The notes beneath the pieces were generated by a model. The model saw only the letters and a program-made list of their open reading frames with translations. It ran no database searches and was not told the DNA's origin. Made by a program: the position numbers and the translations under genes. A stretch of 63,724 bases of DNA, filler included, from Lenisia limosa (taxonomy: Eukaryota; Protista; Breviatea): NCBI GenBank assembly GCA_001655205.1. It is 16 parts of 16 records of this genome, joined end to end, with 100 filler letters (N's around TTAATTAATTAA, not from the genome) between each part and the next. Parts side by side here need not be neighbours in the genome. Positions count along the whole stretch, not along the records: positions 34,665 to 36,639 come from LPNZ01007878.1; positions 36,740 to 41,614 come from LPNZ01006723.1; positions 41,715 to 43,789 come from LPNZ01007388.1; positions 43,890 to 57,385 come from LPNZ01008610.1; 12 more parts are not named here. One strand, 5' to 3'. Shown piece after piece: positions 34,665-46,230 of the stretch. Each line of letters begins with the position of its first letter. Position 1 is the stretch's first letter.

Positions 34665-36520
34665 GGGGATCAATATGTTAGACGTTGTAACAACTGACCA
34701 AACCCTGGTGGTTCCCGCTGGCCGTGTGATGCCTGCATCCACGCCGAAATGCACTCTCTCCGTGGGTTTTGGGATAAAGAAAAAGATGAAATATAGACAA
34801 ATTCATACATGGAGATACCATTAACATATTTACCATACAACCGCAAGCTGCTCAACTCGGCGGCGGCGGGGGTGGGGGCTGCACTAATCTGTGTTACTGT
34901 TCACGTCATTACTGATATCGAATTGAAGTCCAAAATCAAATTGACCCAATCAAACGCATTATCTTCTTTGACACAAAACTCCATTCCATATGATATGCAG
35001 TAATCAAGGTGTAGGTCACTAAAGGCTTGGACATTTTCATGAGCTCCATCATTGTTAGCATCCCTTCAATTCCCTATGGAGGAACCTGCTTCGAGGCCCA
35101 TGGTGGGTGCAGCAATTGCTTGGTGTTTGTTATTATTAAGGCTTCACTTCGGTTCAAAAAAGACGAATAAAATATCGATAATTATCCAAGATTTATCAAG
35201 AAATTCAGTCTATTTTTGAACCGAAGTGAAGCTCAAGTTATTATGTCACTACACCCCCTCACGCTGCAAAAGTGACTCACTTTCCCGCTTATTCAACCAG
35301 TTGTAAAAGAGATAATTGAATTTTGCCATTCATATTTAGTGCTTTAAACGTTAACCAAGGTTTATTGACACTCACTGCACAGGAGGCGGGGATATTGAAG
35401 GCTTTACCACCGAAATCACTGTCACCTGCTCTGGGTGGTCTGCTGACTCAAGCCTGACTTATTCGGTTGGGAGGGGAATACATATATTATAACTAGTATA
35501 GCTTGTAACTATAACTATAGTATAACCAGTAATAGTATGTATTATATGATTCTAACTCCTAATTAATAATGACATCCCACAATCCAGCTTTCTATCTTGC
35601 CCAGTTCGTCAGAAGTGACATTGGAGGAAATGACGAAGGCACGCACCATCATTGCTCCAACCTCCAGCCCTGTCTTGCAAACGGTTCTGCCTGCTGGTGG
35701 GGGGAAAGTGTTATAGACAATCATAAAGGGACGGAGAATGGGTATAATGTATGCTGGGGAGGCACGCATAAAGCTGTGTGCACAGATTTGTAAGGCAAAT
35801 GATTGGGTGAATTAATATTAGACTATAGTCCAATTTCTTTGATAAGCGTGANNNNNNNNNNNNNNNNNNNNNNNNNNNNNNNNNNNNNNNNNNNNNNNNN
35901 NNNNNNNNNNNNNNNNNNNNNNNNNNNNNNNNNNNNNNNNNNNNNNNNNNNNNNNNNNNNNNNACACATTATATAGCTCGATCATAAATTTATAATAATC
36001 TAAAGATATTAGTTTTTCTAGCATTTGGAATCGAACAATCACACTGCAGGGGCCTATTATTTGGCTGTTATTCTGAGTGACGAGGCTGGGAGTGAGGCTT
36101 CCTGGTACACTTCTGTAGTTGTCCAAGAAACTGCTATCACAGATGAGTTACTAAATATGGTAAGTTGAGTTGCCTAATACGGAAGGTTAAGTTCATAGCT
36201 GCTGTGTACATTTCTCTTTTCTTATTATCTCTATTGTCGCAGNNNNNNNNNNNNNNNNNNNNNNNNNNNNNNNNNNNNNNNNNNNNNNNNNNNNNNNNNN
36301 NNNNNNNNNNNNNNNNNNNNNNNNNNNNNNNNNNNNNNNNNNNNNNNNNNNNNNNNNNNNNNNNNNNNNNNNNNNNNNNNNNNNNNNNNNNNNNNNNNNN
36401 NNNNNNNNNNNNNNNNNNNNNNGACACCCAGTCAGCTCTACAGGTGATTGTGGAATTGCAAAACTCTCACCAACTCAACTGCTTTGGGTTTATTTCTAAG
36501 AGCTGTTTTTGTTTCCTACA
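34665..36520 (+). CDS. REJ/PKD-domain surface protein, internal fragment
   Basis: IPSIPYGGTCFEAH|GGDIEGFTTEITVTCSGWSADSSLTYS|..VLQTVLPA|GAYYLAVILSDEAG follows the REJ pattern P.GG.C..G..T.F..C.GW.D..L.Y / LP.G..V.V.D..G. Confidence 0.62.
35141..35232. mobile_element. MITE family 1 copy, intronic
   Basis: GCTTCACTTCGGTTCAAAAA ... TTTTTGAACCGAAGTGAAGC: perfect 20-bp terminal inverted repeat. Confidence 0.8.
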
Positions 36521-36551
36521 AACAAAAGACCGCCACCATGTGGTTTCCTCT

Positions 36552-36639
36552 AGGGCTTCACTTCGGTTCGAAAAATACCGGTAAAATATCGATAGTTTTC
36601 TAGGATTTATCGAGAAATTCAGTCTTTTTTCGAACCGAA
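36552..36639. mobile_element. MITE family 1 copy, truncated by the scaffold end
   Basis: TA-GGGCTTCACTTCGGTTCGAAAAA...TTTTTCGAACCGAA. Confidence 0.78.
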
Positions 36640-37074
36640 NNNNNNNNNNNNNNNNNNNNNNNNNNNNNNNNNNNNNNNNNNNNTTAATTAATTAANNNNN
36701 NNNNNNNNNNNNNNNNNNNNNNNNNNNNNNNNNNNNNNNTCAATTCGTCTGATCAACAGGTGGCAAATGAGCACAAGTTTTAACTATTTAGATTGCCCGC
36801 TCCGCTTGTAAGTCGTATATTCGTCTTGCCTTCAGTATGTCGGGGCAAGGGTTTTGCTTACAATTTCGTCCAATTTTCAGCAAAAGTGTCTTCAAACTTT
36901 TAAATCGACAGTACTAGTGAGAAGTAGTTTTATAAACGTACAGAGTTTGAAAAACAATTCATTTTGGCACAGTCGCCCCTTGTTACATTTGTTTTAACTT
37001 CTCAGAACAAGTATTCAAATTTTCTATTGACTGGGCCTCAATATACCATCAGGTGAAGGGTGTTATAATTATCA

Positions 37075-38474
37075 ATCTTGTCAAAGCATGATCTCATGAT
37101 CAAGATAAAAGCAAGCTTTTCCAGTAATGAAACGCCGGCCTATGTTGATACTGCCGAAGAGCTCATCAAAGTGATCCAAAAACACAAACCACGCTGTCTT
37201 GATGGTATGTGCAGATTTTTTTTAATATGGCTCACTTTTTTTAGACTCACCAACTTCCATTGTCAGTATTACTCAAGTAAGTTGAACGATTGGGTTTTTG
37301 TAAATTTTTAATTTTTTATGATATAGGGGTTTTTAGAANNNNNNNNNNNNNNNNNNNNNNNNNNNNNNNNNNNNNNNNNNNNNNNNNNNNNNNNNNNNNN
37401 NACAGAATATTATTGCACTCATAAAAATAATTTCTCCCCACAAAATAAATTCCACGCAATCACTATCATAGCATATAGATTTCAATAAAAAACGACATGT
37501 CTAGTATCATACTGGGGCATTGGCAAGCCGCTTCAAGATGTCATTGAGGAATTCAATCAAACGATCGGTGGCGATCTTTGGTGCTAAAATGTAAAGCTAA
37601 TAAAAATACTGAAGTATTATTAGAAATAAAAATATATAATGGCCTGTTGGGTCATCATCCACCTTGAAGTGGCTCATTCTGTGCCTTGTACTATACATGG
37701 GCTAACACAATATCAGTATAATGCCATCGCTTTCAAATTACCTTATTCTCAAGGCACACCGAGGGAACGGACTCCATCCGCCTACCGACTCCCAATGTTC
37801 ATGGACTCCCTTGAGGCCGCGCGTGACGCAATGGCAGACTTCGGCATGAAAGATACAGGATATTGGAGACCCCCTCCCGCACCCCTTTGTTTAAAATGTA
37901 TCTCTTGCTTTCTTTCTTCTTTTTTTGATCCCTCAAAACAAATTTCTCTCATAATTTTGTCTTTTTTTCTTAAAAAAATATTCATTTGTTATTATAGAAA
38001 TATACTTAGTGTTACACTATAATTATGTATTATAATATAGAATATATCATATATATATATATGTACATGTATCTATATATATATCGATGTGATATAATAT
38101 AGTACGCATATGATATTGATATGATGTCTAGATATCATATAGTACATCTGTATGCATATCAGAAAAATAATTATTGTCCCACTAGATTCTACCCTTCCAT
38201 GAAATTTTCTCCCTCCTCTCACATTGTGCTTGATGACACTCATGGCAACCGCGGCCGTGTTGGACGTCCTTTCCACCGCCCATCCATCACCGGTGAAGTT
38301 AAGGCCTCCAAGGCCAATTACGACGGTGCTATCACCTACGTTGAAGGCTTTGTTGCTGGCATCCTTAGTGGCGCCATCGCGGACTTGACGGTCGATACGT
38401 ATGATGAGGTTTGTGACATGCCCATCCTTCTAAACCTGAAGGACATTGACGACAAGGAGGAGGCTGTTGAGTAG
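37075..38474 (+). CDS. Hypothetical protein, multi-exon 3' part
   Basis: HDLMIKIKASFSSNETPAYVDTAEELIKVIQKHKPRCLD|VSYWGIGKPLQDVIEEFNQ..; final exon RFYPSMKFSPSSHIVLDDTHGNRGRVGRPFHRP..YVEGFVAG..EEAVE*. Globular-looking; family not recognised. Confidence 0.5.
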
Positions 38475-38821
38475 GCTTGTCTATTTTCTTTTTCAAACTC
38501 CTTTTTTTCTTCTTCTTTTTTCATGTTTCTCTGTTTCAATTTAATCCTTGTCCATTATATGCTTACTTCAATATAAGTTGTATTTTCTTCATCAGTATTC
38601 AATCGGCCACCCTATCATTTAAATTTTTGAACCCAGGTGGTGTGGCTCTGATTACATTTACCAAAATTCTTGAATTAACAATACCAATCAATATCCATTA
38701 AAACGTGGTGGTGGACGGCTTCGTCCAGATATTTCCTTTTTCAATAAGCGGACAACACATATAAAAAAAAATAAAAAAAATAATAAGAAATACACACTTT
38801 CAAGACAAGAATAAAATAATA

Positions 38822-39600
38822 TCACTCCTCAGCAGTCCCAAATAATTTCTTCTTGAAAACGGGGATATTTCTATCCGCTCTCCTCTTCTCGTCAGCAGAC
38901 CTGGAACACGCTACAACTCTGTGCACACAGCTTTTTGCGTGCCTCCCAAGCATGCATAAGGATTAGATTAATAAATAAGGACATACGTCCTTGCATAATA
39001 ACCCATGTAAACCCTCCTAAAACCACCATATGCCACGGATTTAGGAGGTGCCAGAGAGTTAGAATTGCAGACATCAAAGACTTTATGGAACAAATATTAT
39101 CATAGTGATTGTAACGTCCTCATAGGAAAACGGGATTAGAAGTGGCATCATACAACCAACAACAGATTGGCCATTCTGAGTTTATCGGAGCTTGACTTCT
39201 TTATTATCTATCCTCCTTTACAAGGCAAACCTTTTCCGTGATTTCTCTTATAGATATTACATTAAATCGCTCGTCCTTCGGCTTAGCATTTGCAACACCT
39301 ATTCATTGTGATTGTTTTTGAAAGTACACACCTACCTTTATTTCAATAACTTAGGATTAAAAACACCCAGGAGAGGGGAAGAAGACGTTTACAACTCTCA
39401 ATTAAAGATAAAACTTTCACCATAGTGTATTTGTTTAGATTCTGAGCAGTTTTGGGCCATCTACGCTTTTATAAGACATTGAATATCGACATATTTCGAT
39501 CTATATCGAAGTAAAACTTACGAATTTAGGCAATTACAATTGACTGAATTCTGAGTGCACCAGGTGTGCTGTGGAGCAGGGGCGGTCAAGGGGTGCGGCG
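38822..39600 (-). CDS. Hypothetical gene 3' end
   Basis: VFDVCNSNSLAPPKSVAYGGFRRVYMGYYAR|SADEKRRADRNIPVFKKKLFGTAEE*; module C lies in the last intron. Confidence 0.3.
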
Positions 39601-40515
39601 GCGGGAGATAAATGAAATTATTTTCAGAGTTGATGGTAATAATGAAGAATTTTTCCGTGCCACTTTTTATTATGTTATATAATGATTAAAAGTGGTGTTT
39701 TTTCTTGGCGTCAAGTTTTGGAACCCACAAAAGGTGACTTAGGATTGATGAATTACGTAGATTATGTTTGGAATTGTTAGTCATTGTTTTCCGGAATTTA
39801 TGCCTCTAACACAACATTTACTTCTGTATTACAGTAGGGAGAAGAGCGCTGAAGGCGAGATTTGACACTGTTTTCCCCTGTGTTTCTGACCGTGTATGCT
39901 TCTCTCGGCCTTATCTATCAATATATAGTATTAGTTTTTCTTGAATAATGATGTTATGCGTTTTCAGGGATCTCATTGGTCCCCAGCGCTGTCTCTCCAC
40001 TCTGCTTTTCTGATCATGATCAATCTCTCTCCCTTTCGTGACCTTTCACTCTCCATCTCTAAATCTTAGCCTTTTGACAATTTATAAGTTACAGGAAGTT
40101 CTTTGTCCCTTTTGAATGTGGCATGCGTAATTGTGTTGCCTCGTCGCATCGTAACAATAGGTGTTTTGTAATGTGGTACAATTTCATTCACTACACTTAC
40201 CGCTATTCTCCTAACAATTTTAGTTTCTCAAATGATAATTGCAAACCTGTGTGCCAGGGCTGTCTTATGGAGGTTATATTGTTAATTTATATTGGTGCTG
40301 TATTATGGTTTTAGGGTGTGGATAAGAAATCTCTCAATATAAAATCTTGTATTTTCTCCTTTTTTTGGTACTGGGAACAACATTGAGTAAGTGCTTTTTA
40401 TTACATCTACATAATGTACATGGATATGTATACAGTGTATATATATATATCTATTGATTTATGATATACTGATACTATTTTAGTATTATTACACACATAC
40501 TTTTGTAATTATGTC

Positions 40516-40974
40516 GATGAGGCACAACATGATATAGAAGAAGAGCATGAATGAGTGAATAGTGACCATGATCATGATCGCTGCGCTGCATGATTGCATG
40601 GGTGTGGAGTGTAAATCACACTATTTCTTTGCCCTATTTGGTTATTGTGATTATTTCTTGTTAAGGGTGGTAATTGCTTAAAACGCCCTGGAATCACATG
40701 TGTCAGACTGAAGTGTGATTACTATAACGTTTTGAGGTAAGAAGGTCAATAGAGGCGAGTTGTGTTATGAAAATTACTTCTATTTTTTCTATTGAGTGAC
40801 CTTCTAATCAATCTTCTGATCACAATAATCACATTTATGAATAAATAAACAAATTGGGCAAAGAAATAGTGTGATTTACACTCCACGCCCATGCAATCAT
40901 GCAGCGCAGCGATCATGATCATGGTCACTATTCACTCATTCATGCTCTTCTTCTATATCATGTTGTGCCTCATC
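40516..40974. repeat. Long inverted repeat (fold-back): 125-bp arms, about 210-bp spacer
   Basis: 40516-40640 is the reverse complement of 40850-40974 with 2 mismatches. Confidence 0.93.
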
Positions 40975-41714
40975 TTCATAAATCATACTTTTGTATCATC
41001 CTTCCACCTTCTTTCTCTTGTTTCCCTGCTGTTGTTATCTCACCATTTTCAATCACAAGGTTTTCTATTTCAGACATATTCTGAGTGTAATTTTTTAGAA
41101 GGAGGTATTGTTTGGCTCTTTGTGCGTGCTGTGGTACTCCTTTTTTGTTTGTCTAGAACCTGATGATGTGGGATGTGGGGGGTTGGAGTTGAGGCAAGGT
41201 AATAGCAAGTTTCCGTTGGTTTTTTTTTCTTGTTCAATTATTCATTCTTGTAACTGGCGTCAATTTTATCCTGAAACTGTGTCACATTTTTCCTATCAGT
41301 AGAATTATTTATCATTTCGATTTTAATTATGTCATCAACATTAATTAATATGGGGTTATTAACAGCCGTTAATGGTANNNNNNNNNNNNNNNNNNNNNNN
41401 NTAATGGAAAAAATAACAGTAACATCGTCTGCACCCTCTAAAGTTAAACTACTACTTTTAATATTAAAAATATTAGGTGACTTCATATTAAAGGTAATAT
41501 TATTAACCGGATTACTATATTGAGTCGCCCAGACTCATTATTATATATACTATACAATATTACTTTGTGTAATTTTAAACCCAGTTGCTTCAAAATATCC
41601 TTCAACTTAAAAGTNNNNNNNNNNNNNNNNNNNNNNNNNNNNNNNNNNNNNNNNNNNNTTAATTAATTAANNNNNNNNNNNNNNNNNNNNNNNNNNNNNN
41701 NNNNNNNNNNNNNN

Positions 41715-43789
41715 ACAGGATCCTTGATGCCGGTGATGGCGACGAGCACCATGGCCTTCTCAAGGTCCACGGTCTCGTCCTCGATATCGGGGAGAACGTC
41801 GAAGTCGGCCTGGGCAATGCAGAGTGTACGGAGGCCCTCTGAGATGTGAAATGGGGTGTGTGTGGGGGGGAGGGGGAGTAAAATTGGAAAAAGTAAAACA
41901 AAGGAAATTTCGATGATGAATATTGGCGTGAAGGTACTAATCAATTGGAAAATTTATGAAACAAAAAAAGCGCAAATTCAACTCTGTTTGAAACAAAGGA
42001 CGTGAAATGCGGGGAAAATGTAGGAGTGCAACAATTCCTTCCTCACGAGAAGCCAAAATATAGTATAATTTAACAACAACAACAACAACAACAACTCCTT
42101 GCCCACGAGAAGCCATTGCCTTGATGCGTTCGAGCATTTCATCGGCGAGTACTGAAGAGAGTTGTTCGACAGTTCCGTTGGGCTGTGGGAGTAAAAATGC
42201 AAAATGATAAAGTGAAAATAGTTCAAACATCTAAGAGAAAGATACATCAAGTATCTAAGAGATTCAATTTGCCGCAAATGCCTACGGTGATGTACTGGGT
42301 GCAGAGGGAGAGGACAATTTCAGAAGCACCCTTGCAGAACAGACGGTACCTNNNNNNNNNNNNNNNNNNNNNNNNNNNNNNNNNNNNNNNNNNNNNNNNN
42401 NNNNNNNNNNNNNNNNNNNNNNNNNNNNNNNNNNNNNNNNNNNNNNNNNNNNNNNNNNNNNNNNNNNNNNNNNNNNNNNNNNNNGCACTTCATAAAAACA
42501 AACAAAAAACTATTTATCATACCTAGGGAGGCCCTCACGACGGTTCTCTCCGAAGTCGACGACAGTTGACATGCGCTTGCGGGCAGAGCTGAAAGGCACC
42601 ATATGGCAGATCGAGAGGGAGGCTCTGACTTCTTCGTAGGAGACCTGAGCGGGTTGAATAGGGAAATTTATGAAACAAAAAAAAAAACCCAAATCAACTN
42701 NNNNNNNNNNNNNNNNNNNNNNNNNNNNNNNNNNNNNNNNNNNNNNNNNNNNNNNNNNNNNNNNNNNNNNNNNNNNNNNNNNNNNNNNNNNNNNNNNNNN
42801 NNNNNNNNNNNNNNNNNNNNNNNNNNNNNNNNNNNNNNNNNNNNNNNNNNNNNNNNNNNNNNNNNNNNNNNNNNNNNNNNNAGCTTCTTTGAGAGGTCAA
42901 GGAGAGCGGCTTCGGTCTTGGAACCAATGTAGCCGTTCTTACCGTCCGAGTCAATTGCCTTAAAATGTTAGTAAATAATATTGGGTAGTGAAATGCTAAT
43001 AAATATACTTTACTGGGGTAGGCAGTTGTATGTGTCTATAGTGTATCAGTGTATCGTTGAGACTAGTCAATCAATTATCATACGAGTGAATATGAGGTAT
43101 CTATCATATCACTGCGTGAAAAATGATCCAAAAAGTGATATGATAGTAGCCTCAGAGTATAATATTTAAACTAGTGGATATGATATTTGTAGACAAGACA
43201 ACACTCACTTCATAAGCCTTGCAGTTGCTACAAAAACAGTCCATAATAACACAAGAATAGCAATATCACCCCCATTTCAAACCTCATAAGCCTTGGAGTT
43301 GATACAGACACCATCCACAAAGGCTCTTTGGGTCTCGTCAGTGGCGGCACGTACACCCTCAGCGGCAATGTCGACGGTACCTTCAACGCCGCCGAAGCTG
43401 TTTCCTGGGGTGTAAAATTGGAAAGAAATGGAATATTTCTGTTTGAAAAAAGCAACTTTCGCCAAAAATCTTCATTGAAAGTTCCCTCTTCCCCGCGCAC
43501 CAGCAATCCATCCCGCAACAACGCTCATTTTGTTTTGAGTCAGAGTACCGGTCTTGTCAGAGCAGATGGTCGTGGCAGACCCCATGACTTCGCAGGCTTC
43601 GAGACGACGGACCAGGTTGTTGTCCTGGGGGGTGGGTGAAATTGGACAGTATAACATTTTGGAACCGGGAAACAGAGAAACAAAACCCCGAAATAACAGG
43701 TAGTAAAATGGGGAATTTATGGAACACCTCTCCCCCCAGTATTCATGGAAACGTCCTTCGCTTTACCCCCCGTCCCCACCTTGAGCATC
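41715..43789 (-). CDS. Plasma-membrane-type Ca2+-ATPase (P2B, PMCA), internal fragment
   Basis: MLK|[33 protein letters not shown] (phosphorylation motif DKTGT), [48 protein letters not shown]. Confidence 0.97.
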
Positions 43790-43909
43790 NNNNNNNNNNN
43801 NNNNNNNNNNNNNNNNNNNNNNNNNNNNNNNNNTTAATTAATTAANNNNNNNNNNNNNNNNNNNNNNNNNNNNNNNNNNNNNNNNNNNNCTCCCCCCCCC
43901 CCCTCGCAG

Positions 43910-44778
43910 GTCCCAACAAAGGCGCCCAGTCAACATCCTGACGTGACCACTCCAACTTTCAAACCGGACAGCGAGCTGCTTGGCCAGAGTGGGGGGAGTG
44001 GCAGGCAATGGGTTGGTGGTATTATTGCTGTACAACAATTATTTCTTTCTTAACATAATGATGCGGATGACTTCGGCAATTCCCAATCCGATTTGTGGCA
44101 AATGTTGAGCCAATAGAGATGATAGATATTATGTTTCTTGTTTTGTTTCATACATATTTTAACCGATTTTGGACTTCTTTGTTTTTTGTTTCATAAATTG
44201 TCTCATTTNNNNNNNNNNNNNNNNNNNNNNNNNNNNNNNNNNNNNNNNNNNNNNNNNNNNNNNNNNNNNNNNNNNNNNNNNNNNNNNNNNNNNNNNNNNN
44301 NNNNNNNNNNNNNNNNNNNNNNNNNNNNNNNNNNNNNNNNNNNNNNNNNNNNNNNNNNNNNCGTAGAGAGTCCAGTGAGGCGTCCATAGCCGCACCTCCA
44401 GTATTCGGGTCAGCCAAGGCCAAGTCATTTGCCGAGGCCCGGGCTTTGCAGAGGGATGACGTCACTGAGGAGGCCCGTGTCTTTGCCCAGCATGACGGCG
44501 GCGGCGTGAGGGTCTTGGGTCGGAACAAAGTGGTTTTAAGTGATGAACCGAAGGAGAGCACTTCCGAGCCTGTCGTCGAGTCGGATACCGTGGATTATGA
44601 AGCGGCCTTTGGCAGTGAAAACGTATTAGAAGCTGTAGAGGACGAAGAAGCCTTATTGGAGCTGACATCTGCCGCAGATGCGCAAACGAGTTCCCATGGC
44701 CTTCGCGCCACTACCAACGCCCCTCCAGTTGACGTTATCGAAAAGTCCGGTTCGGCCGAAGCCGCTTTGAACCGTTAG
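43910..44778 (+). CDS. Hypothetical acidic/low-complexity protein, 3' part
   Basis: Exon VPTKAPSQHPDVTTPTFKPDSELLGQ and a long final exon ..DDVTEEARVFAQHDGGGVRVLG..SAEAALNR*. Module A lies in the intron. Confidence 0.45.
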
Positions 44779-46230
44779 CGGCTCTTTTCATACACATACG
44801 CTATGTTGTCATGTGGTGTCTACAGCCAGATACTACATTTTGATTTCTCATTTCTGCAAGTGGCTTATCATCTTTGTGACTCCTTTTACTTTTCTCAATC
44901 CACACATTTGGCAAGTCTGACAGTGGCATGTTCTAATTCTGTAGTAGCGGATTTGGTGTATTCCGAGAACGAGATGTCTCCAAGACAAGATAAGGAAGAC
45001 GACAAGGAGGAAGAAGTGCACAACCTTCAAGGTACTTGGCGTATTATGAGGGCTTCAATTTGATCCTCTAAAACGATGATTATCCACGAAACAATCACAG
45101 AGAACTTCAGTTATTGAAGCACAACTTATTATGAGTTCTTAGTTTTTGATGGTCTTATTTACGTAGGTCTTTCTGCTTCACGTCTCGCGTTGAACCGTCC
45201 TCAAGTTTCCCTATCAAGACGCACAGCAATTCACTCATCTCAAGGTATCGAACACCACCCCTCTAAAGGAATATGATGATCATAATTGAAAACTCCTATT
45301 TCATCAGAAACGAAAGCACATTCTCTTTTGACTGAAGCTCCTGAAACGAGTTCACTATACAGGAGCCCTGAAGTCCCTGCCGTCCACACCGGAACTAGCG
45401 CCCCTTCCGACCTCTGCCGACCCTCGAGCTAGCCCCACACCAATGGTATCATTGCCCATATCAATTACTCCCGGATCTAAATGATCCTTGTTTCAATAAA
45501 GACTTTACTGTAAATAAACAATGTTATCAACTTCGAATTGTTTCGCAATATCATGGCATGACCTCTCCAGAGGTCCTCAAGCCGCAGCCGACTCCGAAGG
45601 CCGGGACGACAGTCACCCGGTACGTCATGGCTGTTTCGAATGACTGAAGGCCTCAGGATCAACAGAAGTAATGTCTTGATAGAAGAATTTTTATGGTCTT
45701 ATTTGGATCCGGAAACACATTATAATGGTCAAGCCGAAGCCTACTAAAGACATATAGATATGTTTATCACACATTTCATTACAGCCCCTTGTCATAACGT
45801 TTTAGGTCATCGAGGAGTGCTTGCGGGTGCCTATGGTGGCCTTGGTGACGGAGGTGAAGAGGTGGTACCGGTTAGTGGGGTGATTATTCAGTGAGTGGTT
45901 TTCTGTGATTGCTTTGTATGATTCTGTCACACAGAGATAATTATGCATGTTAAACAGATGCATCATAGCATTCTATGTAATGCAAGTAATGTAAGTTGAC
46001 ATTTAAGGTATCGCCCATGGAGGAGAGGAAGGTCTTCCTCACCAACTTCCTCGGGTCTATGATTGAGAAAAGGGCCGAAGCCGCCCCCTCCCTCCCCCCT
46101 GTTCCCCTTGCGTTGGCTTCCCAGCACATATTGGAGGTCTAGGTTTATTGTTATTGTTGCATTCTAGGTATTATTATCCGCGGGTATTTATTGATGTTAA
46201 TGTACTGTATTCTAATTCGGTTATTTGGAA

